This document shows, in pieces, positions 1-10,039 of a stretch of DNA of 64,000 nt (within the stretch, counting starts at the first letter, position 1; each line of letters starts with the position of its first letter). Location: assembly GCA_050250895.1 (NCBI GenBank), contig JBFWNU010000005.1:192001-256000 (forward strand), given 5' to 3'. The notes under the pieces are model-generated. The model was not told the origin of the DNA, searched no databases, and was given only the letters and a program-made list of their open reading frames with translations. The position numbers and the translations under genes are program-made. This DNA comes from Vulcanimicrobiota bacterium (GTDB lineage Bacteria > Vulcanimicrobiota > Xenobia > Xenobiales > JADMJV01).

Positions 1-2
1 AT

Positions 3-1568
3 CTCCCCGCTCTCAAACTGGTGGTATCCAGCGGCGAGGCCCTCCCGTCGAGTCTGGCCAGGCTCTTCGCTCGCCGACTTCCCCAGGCCCGGCTGGTCAA
101 TCTCTACGGCTCGACCGAGGTGGCCGGAGACATCACCTGGTCTCACGACTCGAGCCTGGGCCGGCCCATCGACAATCATCGCTGTCGCATCGTCGACGAG
201 CACGGCCGTTCGGTGGCCCGCGGGGCGGTGGGCGAGTTGCTGGTGAGTGGACCGGGCCTGGCCGCCGGTCTTGGTCCCGAGTTTGCAACCGGAGATCTGG
301 TAAGGCTGGAACGAAACGGCCGGCTGGACTACATCGGTCGCAAGGACTCTCAGGTGAAGATTCGCGGCATTCGGGTGGGTCTGGCCCAGGTCGAGCAGTT
401 GCTGGCCCGGCATCCGGCCGTTCGCAGTTGCGCTGTGGTCGAGCAGGCTCAGACTCTGCACGCTTTCTGGACGGGGCATCAGGCCGCCGACCTGCAGGTC
501 TATGTCGAGACCCATCTCGAGCGGGCCCTGCGGCCGCGCTTGCATCACTGCGAACAACTGCCGCTGACGACCAACGGCAAGATCGACAGGTCAGCCCTGG
601 TTGTGCGGCCTGGACCCGCGCGGCCAGCCGGCTCGTTCGAGCAGAAGGTGGTCAGGGTCTGGTCGCGGGTGCTGGGTTTCGAGGTCGCTCCGGAGGCAAA
701 CTTCTTCGAGCTGGGCGGCCACTCGCTGCTGGGTGTGCGCCTGATGGCTGCTCTGGAACGTCTGGTCGGGCATCCTTTGAGCGTGGGCCTGCTGTTCGAA
801 GCTCAGACCGCCCGGTCCATGGCTCGAGTCTTGCAGCAAGAGGGCCGTACGGGCGAACTGGTGGTCATGAAGCCGGGCGCCGGGCCGCCCTTGATTCTCA
901 TCCCCCCGGCCGGCTGCACGCTGGTCCGGTATGCTCAGTTGCTCGAGCACTATGACGGTCCCGTTCTGGGCTTTGAATACCCGCCAACTCCGGTCGCCTA
1001 TACCCGATTGGTGACCCGCTGGGCCGACGAGTTGGCGGCCCTGTTGGGCGATGGACCCTATGTGGTGGGTGGAGCGTGCCTTGGGGGGCGCTACGCCTTC
1101 GAGCTTGGCCGGCGGTTGCGCGCACTGGCCCTACCCGTGGCCCTGGTGGTGGTCATCGACACTGGCCCGAGCCACCCTCTCGCGCCTCGCAAGGACGCTG
1201 CCTACTGGCGAAGCTGGCTGGTCAGCCACGCCTTGTCGCCGCGCCGTTTCAAGAAGTGGTTCCGAAATCATCTCAAGCGTGCCAACCGCTATCTCTTCCA
1301 ACCGGCTAAGGTCAGGTTCGAGCGCCTGATGATAGAGCATCTGGCCTCGATGAACGGCTATCGCCCTCAAAAACTGGACGCCCCCGTCTTGCTGCTCGAG
1401 TCCGAGGAGAAAAGGCTTGAGTCGCGAGAGGCAACCTGGTGGCAAGACTTGCAACCGGATCTGGAGGTGACGGGTCTGCCGGGAAGCACTCACATGGGCT
1501 TGCTCGACCAGACGCGCCAGGCCGAGTGGGTGGCCCGCACCATCCGCCGTCGGGTCGAAGAACTATGA
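3..1568 (+). CDS. NRPS-like protein, C-terminal part (adenylation C-term - PCP - thioesterase); 5' truncated by window edge
   Basis: A-domain motifs NLYGSTE, GELLVSG, TGDL, GRKDSQVKIRG, LPLTTNGKIDR; PCP FFELGGHSLL; TE-like GACLGG; frame open to base 3. Confidence 0.9.
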   Translation, partial: LPALKLVVSSGEALPSSLARLFARRLPQARLVNLYGSTEVAGDITWSHDSSLGRPIDNHRCRIVDEHGRSVARGAVGELLVSGPGLAAGLGPEFATGDLVRLERNGRLDYIGRKDSQVKIRGIRVGLAQVEQLLARHPAVRSCAVVEQAQTLHAFWTGHQAADLQVYVETHLERALRPRLHHCEQLPLTTNGKIDRSALVVRPGPARPAGSFEQKVVRVWSRVLGFEVAPEANFFELGGHSLLGVRLMAALERLVGHPLSVGLLFEAQTARSMARVLQQEGRTGELVVMKPGAGPPLILIPPAGCTLVRYAQLLEHYDGPVLGFEYPPTPVAYTRLVTRWADELAALLGDGPYVVGGACLGGRYAFELGRRLRALALPVALVVVIDTGPSHPLAPRKDAAYWRSWLVSHALSPRRFKKWFRNHLKRANRYLFQPAKVRFERLMIEHLASMNGYRPQKLDAPVLLLESEEKRLESREATWWQDLQPDLEVTGLPGSTHMGLLDQTRQAEWVARTIRRRVEEL

Positions 1569-3242
1569 CTCGCCTGCTGCACTTTTTGGGCCGGGTTCGG
1601 GCTTCTCAGGGTCGGCTGCTGTTCTGGTCTACCCTCAATAGCCTGGCTCTGGCCCTTTCCGGCGGCGGAGGATTGCTGTTGTTGGTGCCCTTGCTTCACC
1701 TGGTGGGCGCCGAAAAGACGCCCTCGCCGGCCAATCAGGCCATCTCGAATTGGCTCCACGGCCTCGGCATCGGGCTCAACCTGACCAGTGTGTTGCTCGC
1801 CTTCGTGGCCCTCCAGTTGTTGGCCGCCTGGTTAGAACGGGTGCGCCGACTGCAGCACATCGATCTCTCTTTGCGCTTCGCCTTCGAGTGTCAGCAAGAG
1901 CTGCATCGAGCGCTGGCCCAGACCAGTTGGTTGCAGTTCGCCAAGTTGCAGCGCGCCAACTTGCTGCAAACCTGCACCGAAGAGATCCGGCGCATCTCGG
2001 CGGCCGCCTACTCGATTCAGTGGGCTATTGCCGAGGCAGCTTTGCTTTGCGCCTATTTCCTGACGGCGCTCGTGGTGGCCCCGGTCTTCTCGCTGGCGGC
2101 GGCCAGCGTCGGCCTGGCCTGCCTGTGGGTGATTCGGCGCACCACCGGACGGGCGCTCTTTCTTGGCGATCGCCTGACTCAGAACTGGCAGGAGATGTTC
2201 GCGGCCACCGGCGACTTCCTCGATTCTGCCCAACTGGCCCGCTGCTACCAGACGACCGACAGCCACGCCTCGATGTATCTGGCTCGAGCGACCGAACTCT
2301 ACCAGACCCGCCGCGAACTCGAAGTCAACTCTACCCGCGCAGCCACGCTGTTCACCGGCCTGGTGGTGGTGGCTCTGGCCATCCTCTGCTATGTGGCCAT
2401 CGGCTGGGCGGGCATACCTGCCTCGTCGCTGATCGTGCTGATCTTCGTCTTCAACCGCATGGCCAGCCGCCTGGGCGGACTCGAGCAGGTAGCTCAACGT
2501 CTGCTCAACGACCTGCCAGCCCTGGAGCGCGTCAGGCAGACCATCACGGCCTGCCAGGCCTCGCACCAACTCGAGGACACTGACGAGGTCGCTCCGGTGC
2601 TCGCCAGCGAGCTTGTTTTCGAACAAGTCCGCTTTGCCTATCCCGGCGAGAAGTTCGAACTGCGCGTAGACCAGGCGATCCCGGCTCGAAAGCTCACGGT
2701 TTTGTCAGGACCGAGCGGGGTTGGCAAAAGCACCGCCCTCAGCCTGGTCCTCGGCCTGATTCGTCCCGATTCGGGTCGGTTACTGGTCGACGGCCAACCC
2801 CTGCAGCCTGGGCCCAATTGGCGCCGCACCATCGGCTACCTGCCTCAGCATCCCTTTCTCTTTCACCAAAGCATTCGGGCCAATCTGCATTGGGGCGCTT
2901 CCGAGGCGACCGAAGAGGATCTCTGGTCGGCCCTCGAGCAGGCTGAAGCCCGAGACTTCGTAGAGGCTTTTGCCCAGGGCCTGGATACGGTCGTGGGCGA
3001 GCGCGGTGACCGCCTTTCGGGCGGTCAGCGCCAGCGCCTGGCCCTGGCCCGCGCCTTGCTCCGACAGCCCCAGCTCTTGCTCTTGGATGAACCTACCTCG
3101 GGCCTCGACGAGGCCAACGAAGTGGCCATTTTCCAGACCCTGAAAGCGCTCTCTTCACGTTTGACGGTGCTGGTTGTCAGCCACCGCACCTCGGCTCAGG
3201 GCCCTGGCTGACCGGGTGGTCGACCTGGGCGGGACTGCCTGA
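1565..3242 (+). CDS. ABC exporter, fused permease/ATPase (apparent +1 frameshift near 3200; ORF as given stops at 3211)
   Basis: ATG 1565 overlaps upstream TGA; TM region; Walker A GPSGVGKST, LSGGQRQR, LLLLDEPT, SHR; the alternative frame gives the typical ending ALADRVVDL. Confidence 0.88.
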
Positions 3243-3293
3243 GTTGCGGCTTGGCTGGTGCCTGGTGAAAGTCTGTCGGTCGCGCCTCAAAAG

Positions 3294-3320
3294 AAAAAGG
3301 CTACCCACAGGTAGCCTTTT
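3294..3320. terminator. Bidirectional intrinsic terminator
   Basis: AAAAAGGCTACC-CACA-GGTAGCCTTTT between convergent genes. Confidence 0.85.
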
Positions 3321-3348
3321 GCGACTGTCAGCGAGACGTCGATAGAAT

Positions 3349-3603
3349 TTAGCGACGGGTCTTTTTGGCGCGAGCCTCGTTGACCACGAGGCGGCGACCG
3401 CCGAATTCTTTGTCGTTCATTCCTTCGATAGCCTTGTTACCGGCTGTCTTGTCGCCCATCTCGACGAAGCCGAAGCCGCGAGCCTGACCGGTGTCGCGAT
3501 CCTTGACCACGTTGACGGACGTGACGGAGCCGAATTCCTCGAAAGCGCGAAGAAGCTCATCCTCGGTGACTTCGAAAGAGAGATTTCCAACATAAAGATT
3601 CAT
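3349..3603 (-). CDS. RRM (RNP-1) RNA-binding protein
   Basis: MNLYVGNLS (RNP2), RGFGFVEM (RNP1); GGAGG RBS. Confidence 0.95.
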   Translation of the reverse strand: MNLYVGNLSFEVTEDELLRAFEEFGSVTSVNVVKDRDTGQARGFGFVEMGDKTAGNKAIEGMNDKEFGGRRLVVNEARAKKTRR

Positions 3604-3749
3604 AATAATCCTCCAAGAGAAAGTGTGCAAAAGGGACGGAACGATCTGGCCACGTGAACGGAATGGAGAGCCAAATCAAGCGAAGGATCTCATCGTTGTC
3701 ACCTGCTGGAGACGGTGGTTCGACGGGTTTTACCCGCAGTTGCCGGGTC

Positions 3750-3778
3750 ACCATACGTTAGTTTGGAGGAAAATGCAA
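3750..3778 (-). promoter_or_regulatory. sigma70-type promoter of RRM gene
   Basis: TTGCAT-17 nt-TATGGT on minus strand, ~140 nt upstream of the ATG. Confidence 0.55.
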
Positions 3779-3869
3779 GCTTTTTCTCAGGATTGCGTCC
3801 GGTGAACCTCGTTTTGGCCATTCGCGCAGAGGCCATTCATCCGAATCAAAAGGTCAATCGGCCAGGCCT

Positions 3870-5681
3870 TCACGTCGGCGAGACGGTGACCAGCTGAGCG
3901 TCGGCCTCGACCTGATCGCCGGGTTGGTAGTGGACGGCCTCGACCGTGCCAGCGCACTCCGAGCAAACCGTGTGCTCCATCTTCATGGCTTCGAGTTTGA
4001 CCAGGGCCTGATTCTTTTCGACCGCATCGCCCACGGCCACCAGCACCTCGACGATGGACCCCGGCATGGGAGCCCGCAGCGAGCCGTGGGATTCGCGGCT
4101 GGCGGCCGGTTCGGGCAGGCGGTCGAGGGCCTTGAGGTGGAAGGTACCGTGGGGGCTGTGGCACCACCAGTCGCGCTGGTTGAAGACGGCGGTGAAGGGG
4201 AAGCGCCAGCCGTCGACCACCGCCGCGCCTGTCTCGAGGTGGACGTGGTGGTCGGTCAGGCAGACCGGCTGGTGGCCCTCGAAGGCAAGCTCGAGGCGAC
4301 GAAAAGGCAGATTCGACCAGCCGCTGGCCCCGGCTCGCACGGCCGTGGCCGCCAGCACCACCGCCTTCGAGGGGATGGGCTTTTGATAGGTGAGCTGCTC
4401 GAGCAGGCGGGTGTGCATTCGGCCCTCTTCCACGGCCGGGTTCTGCAGCAGCATCTGCAAGTAGTCGAGGTTGTGGGTCAGGCCGAGCAGCACGGTTTGA
4501 CGCAGGGCCCGTGATAGCGAACGCAGGGCGGTGCCGCGATCGGGGCCCCAGGCGACGAGCTTGGCCAACATGGGATCGTAGTGGGTGGTGACGGCGCCGC
4601 CCGGCTCGAGGGCCGTATCGACCCGGACCGGACCGGGCCGCCAGGCCAGTACCGGACCGGAAGTGGGCAAAAAGTTGTTGGCCGGGTCTTCGGAGTAGAG
4701 GCGAGCCTCGACGGCGTGGCCCTTGAAGGCTATCTGGGTGGACGGCAGGGGGCGGCCCTCGGCGATAGCCAGCTGCCACTCGACGAGATCGAGGCCCGTC
4801 ACCGACTCGGTGACCGGATGCTCGACCTGCAATCGAGTGTTCATCTCGAGAAAATAGAACTCGTCGCCGCAAACCAGAAACTCGACCGTGCCAAGGTTGG
4901 TGTAGCCGATGGCCTCGGCCAGCTTGAGGGCGGCCGCCGTCAGGCCGTCCAGCAGAGTCTGGGAGGCGTTGGGCGGGGGCGTCTCTTCGATGACTTTCTG
5001 GTGGCGCCGCTGCAGCGAACATTCGCGCACCCCCAGGTGGAGGCGGTTGCCGTGGGTGTCGCAAGCCAACTGCACCTCGAGGTGGCGGGCCTCGATCAGA
5101 GCTTTTTCTAGATAGACAGCCGGGTCGCCGAAAGCCTTCTCGGCCTCGCGGCGGGCCGAGGGCAGGGCGGCTTTGAGGGCGGCCTCGTCTTCGACCCAGC
5201 GCATGCCCTTGCCACCGCCGCCAGCCGAGGCTTTGAGCATGAGCGGAAAGCCGATACCCGTGGCGGCCGCCAGCAACTCTTCGTCGCTGCCGGCCGGACC
5301 GCCGGGCACCACCGGTACGCCGGCCTCTTGGCAGCGCCGGCGAGCCTCGACCTTGGAGGCCATGGCTTCGATGGCTTCGGCGCTGGGGCCGACGAAGGTC
5401 AGGCCCTGCTCGGCGCAGGCCCGAGCCAGGGCGGGGTTCTCGGCTAGAAAACCGTAGCCGGGGTGGATGGCGTCGGCCCCGCTGCGGCGGGCCGCGGCCA
5501 CCACCGCCTCGATGTCGAGATAGCTACCCAGGCGGATAGCCTGGTCGGCCCGGCGCACATGCAGGCCGTCGGCGTCCGGGTCGCAAAAGACGGCGACCGT
5601 CTCGATTCCCAGGCGATGACAGGTGTCGAAGATGCGGCAGGCGATCTCGCCCCGGTTGGCTACCAGTAGTCGCCGGATCAT
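3870..5681 (-). CDS. Biotin-dependent acyl-CoA carboxylase alpha subunit (BC + BCCP; AtuF/LiuD-like)
   Basis: LVANRGEIA, HPGYGFLAEN, EMNTRLQVEHPVTE, biotin motif EAMKM. Confidence 0.93.
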   Translation of the reverse strand: MIRRLLVANRGEIACRIFDTCHRLGIETVAVFCDPDADGLHVRRADQAIRLGSYLDIEAVVAAARRSGADAIHPGYGFLAENPALARACAEQGLTFVGPSAEAIEAMASKVEARRRCQEAGVPVVPGGPAGSDEELLAAATGIGFPLMLKASAGGGGKGMRWVEDEAALKAALPSARREAEKAFGDPAVYLEKALIEARHLEVQLACDTHGNRLHLGVRECSLQRRHQKVIEETPPPNASQTLLDGLTAAALKLAEAIGYTNLGTVEFLVCGDEFYFLEMNTRLQVEHPVTESVTGLDLVEWQLAIAEGRPLPSTQIAFKGHAVEARLYSEDPANNFLPTSGPVLAWRPGPVRVDTALEPGGAVTTHYDPMLAKLVAWGPDRGTALRSLSRALRQTVLLGLTHNLDYLQMLLQNPAVEEGRMHTRLLEQLTYQKPIPSKAVVLAATAVRAGASGWSNLPFRRLELAFEGHQPVCLTDHHVHLETGAAVVDGWRFPFTAVFNQRDWWCHSPHGTFHLKALDRLPEPAASRESHGSLRAPMPGSIVEVLVAVGDAVEKNQALVKLEAMKMEHTVCSECAGTVEAVHYQPGDQVEADAQLVTVSPT

Positions 5682-6829
5682 TGGGGCGAAAGCCCTTCCA
5701 TTTTGGCGATGATCTCGAGCATCACCTCGTCGGCTCCGGCCCCGATCGAGAGCAGGCGGGCATCCCGGAAGTAACGGGCCATGGGGTATTCTTCGGCATA
5801 GCCCATGCCGCCGTGAAACTGCACGCAGGTGTCGGCTACCTGGCGCACCAGGCGCCCGGCCTTGAGCTTGGCCATCGAGATTTCGCGCGTGATGTCTTCA
5901 CCGGCTACGAACCGGTCGGTGCAAGAGAAGTTGAACTCGCGCAGGATCTCGAGTTCGGTCAACAGCTCGCACAGCTTGAAATAGACCCACTGGTTGTGCA
6001 GCAGCGGCTTGCCGAAGACCTTGCGGTCGCGACAGTAGTCGATGGTGCGACGCACAGCGGTCAGGGCTCCCGAGGTACCTAGCACGGCTCCGACCAGCCG
6101 CTCCTTCTGAAACTGCTTCATCTGGTATTGAAAGCCGCGGCCCTCCTGGCCCACGCAGTACCAGCGCGGCACCCGCACGTTGTCATAGGTCAGCAACCCC
6201 GTGTCCGAGCTGTGGTTGCCCATCTTCTCGAGCTTTTTCGAGACGGCAAAGCCGGGCGCGTCGGTGGGCACTACCACCAACGACATGCCGCGATAGCCGC
6301 CGTCGTCTGAAGTGCGGCACAAGGTGACCACGAAGTCGGCCTGCGTGCCGTTGGTGATCCACATCTTGGCTCCGTTGATGATATAGTCGTCGCCGTCGAC
6401 CACCGCTCTCGTCACCAGCGAGGCCACGTCCGAGCCGCAATCGGGCTCGCTGACTCCCAGGGCGGCCACCATGGTGCCTTCGACGGCCGGCTTGAGAAAG
6501 CGGTCCTTGAGCTCGTGCGAGCCGAACTCGGCTAGCCCCGAGACGCCGATGTCGGTCTGCACCAGGATGGCCATGGGCACGCCCATGCATTCGGACCGGC
6601 CCAGCTCGTCGGCCAGGATCACGTGATACCAGTAGTCACCGCCGGCCCCGCTATATTCGGGAGCATAAGAGGCCCCCAGCATGCCCAGCCGGCCCATTTT
6701 GGCGAACAGCTCGTGAGCCGGAAAGATACGGGCTTGTTCCCACTCTTCCACGTGGGGCTTGATCTCGGCCTCGACGAATTTGCGCACGCTCTGGCGATAA
6801 AGCTCGTGCTCGGGGGTCAGTTGACGCAT
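5678..6829 (-). CDS. Acyl-CoA dehydrogenase (AtuD-like)
   Basis: SEPDCGSDV, NGAKMWITNG, QFHGGMGY, SIGAGADEVM. Confidence 0.92.
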   Translation of the reverse strand: MRQLTPEHELYRQSVRKFVEAEIKPHVEEWEQARIFPAHELFAKMGRLGMLGASYAPEYSGAGGDYWYHVILADELGRSECMGVPMAILVQTDIGVSGLAEFGSHELKDRFLKPAVEGTMVAALGVSEPDCGSDVASLVTRAVVDGDDYIINGAKMWITNGTQADFVVTLCRTSDDGGYRGMSLVVVPTDAPGFAVSKKLEKMGNHSSDTGLLTYDNVRVPRWYCVGQEGRGFQYQMKQFQKERLVGAVLGTSGALTAVRRTIDYCRDRKVFGKPLLHNQWVYFKLCELLTELEILREFNFSCTDRFVAGEDITREISMAKLKAGRLVRQVADTCVQFHGGMGYAEEYPMARYFRDARLLSIGAGADEVMLEIIAKMEGLSPQ

Positions 6830-6836
6830 CTGCTCC

Positions 6837-8447
6837 TCACATTCTAAAGACCCCATAGCGCGGGGCGCCGGGGTTGACGAAGTCGACGTTGTGGGCTACC
6901 GAAAGGGCTACCGAGAGCGCCTGGCGAGTGTTACGCGGATCGAGGATCCCGTCATCCCACAGGCGGGCGGTGGCATAGTAGGGCGAGGATTCTTGCTCGA
7001 ACTTGGCCAGCGTGCCGGCCCGCATGGCCCCGATTTTCACCTGGTCGGGCTCTAGGCCTCGGGCGATGGCTTGCTGCTCGGCCACCAGGGCCAACACGCC
7101 GGCGGCCTGCTCGCCCCCCATGACCGCGATGCGCGAGTTGGGCCAGCTAAACAGAAAGCGAGGGTCGTAGGCGCGTCCGCACATGCCGTAGTTGCCGGCC
7201 CCGTACGAGCCGCCCACGATGACGGTGACCTGAGGCACGGTCGAGGTGGCCACGGCGTTGATCATTTTGGAGCCGTGCTTCACGATGCCCTCGCGTTCGG
7301 CTTTGGTGCCGACCATAAAGCCGGTGATGTTCTGCAGATAGATCAGCGGCGTGCGCGACTGGTTGCAGAGCTGGATGAACTGGGTGGCTTTGAGGGCCGA
7401 CTCGGAGAAGAGCACCCCGTTGTTGCCCAGAATACCGACCGGATAGCCGTCGAGGTGGGCGTGGCCACAGACCAGGGTGGTGCCGTATTCGGGCTTGAAC
7501 TCGAAAAAGCGCGAGCCGTCGACCAGCCGGGCGATGACCTCGCGCATGTCGAAAGGGTGGCGGGGGTCGGCCGGGATGATGCCCAGCAACTCGTCGGGAT
7601 CATACGCCGGTGGGGTGGGGGAGAGGCGGCGATGGGCCAGGGCTTTGGTGCGATTGAGGTTGGCCACGATTTCACGGCCCAGGCGCAGGGCATGAACATC
7701 GTCTTCGGCGGTATAGTCGCTCACTCCCGAGACGCGGGCATGCATGCTGGCTCCGCCCAGGGTCTCGTCGTCGACCTCTTCGCCGGTAGCCATCTTGACC
7801 AGGGGCGGGCCGCCTAAAAAGACCTTGGCCTGGTTGCGCACCAGCACGGCGTAGTCGGACATGCCGGGGATGTAGGCTCCGCCGGCGGTGGACGAGCCGA
7901 AGACCAGGGCGATCTGGGGGATGCCGGCGGCCGACAGACGGGCTTGATTGGCAAAGACTCGACCCCCTCCGTCAGCGAACAGTTCGGCCTGGTGGATGAG
8001 GTTGGCCCCGGCCGACTCGACCAGGGTCACGCAGGGCAGGTGGTTTTCGGCGGCGATGGTCTGGGCGCGCAGCATCTTGCGCAGGGTCATGGGATAGATG
8101 GCCCCGCCTTTGATGGTGGCGTCCGAGGCCGAGATCAGGCACTCGGTGCCGCTGACCACGCCGATGCCCGTGATCTGGGACGCTCCCGGGCTTTCGTTGT
8201 CGTACATGTCGAAGGCTGCCAGGGTCGATAACTCCAGAAAAGGCGTGCCCGGGTCGAGCAGCCCGTCGACCCGCTCCCGGGGCAGCAGCTTGCCGCGGGA
8301 GCGATGGCGCTGCTGGGCTTTGGCGCCGCCGCCAGCGATGACCGTGGCCTGGCGCCGGGCCAACTCGTCGACCAGGGCCTGCATGGCTTCGCGATTGGCG
8401 CGATAGTCGTCCGAGCGCGTCGACAGGCGCGACTCAATGCGGGGCAC
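6837..8447 (-). CDS. Acyl-CoA carboxylase carboxyltransferase beta subunit (AtuC/LiuB-like)
   Basis: RGKLLPRERV, GSSTAGGAY, LQNITGFMVG, GAGNYGMCGRAY, ARLWDDG. Confidence 0.93.
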   Translation of the reverse strand: MPRIESRLSTRSDDYRANREAMQALVDELARRQATVIAGGGAKAQQRHRSRGKLLPRERVDGLLDPGTPFLELSTLAAFDMYDNESPGASQITGIGVVSGTECLISASDATIKGGAIYPMTLRKMLRAQTIAAENHLPCVTLVESAGANLIHQAELFADGGGRVFANQARLSAAGIPQIALVFGSSTAGGAYIPGMSDYAVLVRNQAKVFLGGPPLVKMATGEEVDDETLGGASMHARVSGVSDYTAEDDVHALRLGREIVANLNRTKALAHRRLSPTPPAYDPDELLGIIPADPRHPFDMREVIARLVDGSRFFEFKPEYGTTLVCGHAHLDGYPVGILGNNGVLFSESALKATQFIQLCNQSRTPLIYLQNITGFMVGTKAEREGIVKHGSKMINAVATSTVPQVTVIVGGSYGAGNYGMCGRAYDPRFLFSWPNSRIAVMGGEQAAGVLALVAEQQAIARGLEPDQVKIGAMRAGTLAKFEQESSPYYATARLWDDGILDPRNTRQALSVALSVAHNVDFVNPGAPRYGVFRM

Positions 8448-9297
8448 GAGTCATCTCCAGGCGCTGGCGAGTGTCGGCCGGACTGGCCACGCTGCCGCCC
8501 AATTCATGGACGAGGCGCACGGCTTTTTCGACCAACTCGGCGTTGGAATTGGCCATGTGGCCCTCGTTGAGATAGAAGTTGTCTTCCAGGCCCACCCGCA
8601 CGTTGCCGCCGATGGTGATGGCGGCAGCCACCAGCGGCCACTGGCAGCGGCCGATGCCGATCACCTGCCAGTTGGCCCCGGCGGGCAGGCTTTCGACCAT
8701 GTGCAGCAGGTTCTTGGTCGAGGCGGGAATGCCGCCCAGCACGCCCATCACCAGACTAAAGCACAGCGGCGCTTGGAGCAGGCCCATGTCGATGAGGGGT
8801 TGGGCGTTGTGGATGTGGCCGCAATCAAAGCACTCCATCTCGGGGCAGGTCTTGACCTCTTGCATGGCCTCGAGATAGAAGGCGATGTCGCCGAAGGGGT
8901 TTTCGAAGACGTGGTCGTGGTAGAACTTCTTCTTTTTGCTCGAGTAGATGGCATAGTTCATAGAGCCCATGTTGAGGGCGGCCATCTCGGGAGCCAGCGC
9001 TTTGACGGGCGCGATGCGGGTGTCGCGGTCGATGCCGACGGCCCCGGTCGAGAAGTTGAGGATGGCCTCGGGACAGGCCTTGCGAACGGCCCGATCGATG
9101 GCTTGATAGGTGTCCACGTCAAAGGCCGGACGCCCGTCGGGTTGGCGGGCGTGGATGTGCACGATGCTGGCTCCGGCTTCGACGCTACGCCGGGCTTCTT
9201 CGGCGATCTCGTCGGGGGTGTAGGGAATAGCCGGGCACTGGTCGCGGGTGGCCAGAACCCCGGTCAGGGCGGCGGTGATGACGACGGGTTTTTCCAC
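8434..9297 (-). CDS. Beta-keto acid cleavage enzyme (BKACE/DUF849, Kce family)
   Basis: VITAALTG, PYTPDEIA, metal motif HIHAR, RVGLEDN. Confidence 0.93.
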   Translation of the reverse strand: MEKPVVITAALTGVLATRDQCPAIPYTPDEIAEEARRSVEAGASIVHIHARQPDGRPAFDVDTYQAIDRAVRKACPEAILNFSTGAVGIDRDTRIAPVKALAPEMAALNMGSMNYAIYSSKKKKFYHDHVFENPFGDIAFYLEAMQEVKTCPEMECFDCGHIHNAQPLIDMGLLQAPLCFSLVMGVLGGIPASTKNLLHMVESLPAGANWQVIGIGRCQWPLVAAAITIGGNVRVGLEDNFYLNEGHMANSNAELVEKAVRLVHELGGSVASPADTRQRLEMTRAPH

Positions 9298-9347
9298 CCC
9301 GGGCGTTTGGTCGCCGGCCGGAAATTACCTGCCTTGCTGCGACCACC

Positions 9348-9779
9348 TCAGCGCAGAGGGTCGAGAAAACGCAGTTCGGGCTCGAAGCGGCGAAAGTCGT
9401 GGTCTCGGGAGCACAATGTCGCATCGTATTCGATGGCGAGGGCCGCAAGGTGAGCGTCGGTGGTCAGGTTGGCGGCCGTTCCCGATTGCCTGAGGAGGCT
9501 CTGAAGAATCGACCAATGGCGCGCTCCAGGATGGATCTCCACAACCACCGGGAGGCTTAGCCAGCTACTGACCGTGTCGATGGCCTGCTCGGGCGTAAGA
9601 GGCTGCGAGAAGATGGCTGGTCGGGTGGTGATTCGCAGGAAGCCCAGCACCACCACCCAGGCCAGACCGACGGTCTCTTCTCGCGAGAGGGTTTGCTCCC
9701 ACCACTCGCGGGCCTCTTCGTGACCTGGAGCATCGCGATTTGTGGCATACAAGAGCAGGTTGAGGTCGACCAGTTTCAC
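9348..9779 (-). CDS. vapC: VapC PIN-domain toxin
   Basis: LVDLNLLLYA, TDAHLAALAIE, SRDHDFRRF. Confidence 0.93.
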   Translation of the reverse strand: MKLVDLNLLLYATNRDAPGHEEAREWWEQTLSREETVGLAWVVVLGFLRITTRPAIFSQPLTPEQAIDTVSSWLSLPVVVEIHPGARHWSILQSLLRQSGTAANLTTDAHLAALAIEYDATLCSRDHDFRRFEPELRFLDPLR

Positions 9780-10039
9780 TTGCGCATCTCGAGTTTGCTC
9801 ACGATCGCCTCATCCTCGAGTTCGGAGGCCACCTCGAGGGATTTGATCAGATCGATGGACGGTCGGCCCATCGAGAACGTCGGGGCGCTATAGCAAACCT
9901 TCGCTTCAGACGGGTGAACCCGCTCAAGGCCGAGCTTGAGCACGCGGTTCACGGTTTCGGTCAAGCTTGAACCGCTTCGCTCGGCTTCGCGCCGCAGGGC
10001 TCGCAGCACGTCATCATCAAGGTTGACGGTCGTCCGCAT
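9776..10039 (-). CDS. vapB: VapB/CopG-type RHH antitoxin
   Basis: MRTTVNLDDDVL; 4-nt overlap with vapC. Confidence 0.88.
   Translation of the reverse strand: MRTTVNLDDDVLRALRREAERSGSSLTETVNRVLKLGLERVHPSEAKVCYSAPTFSMGRPSIDLIKSLEVASELEDEAIVSKLEMRK

Noticed and set aside
3787-9453. Long alternative-frame and antisense ORFs (also e.g. 25112-26104, 28731-30089, 53482-54819)
   Set aside because: Shadow ORFs typical of high-GC DNA, overlapping well-supported genes.
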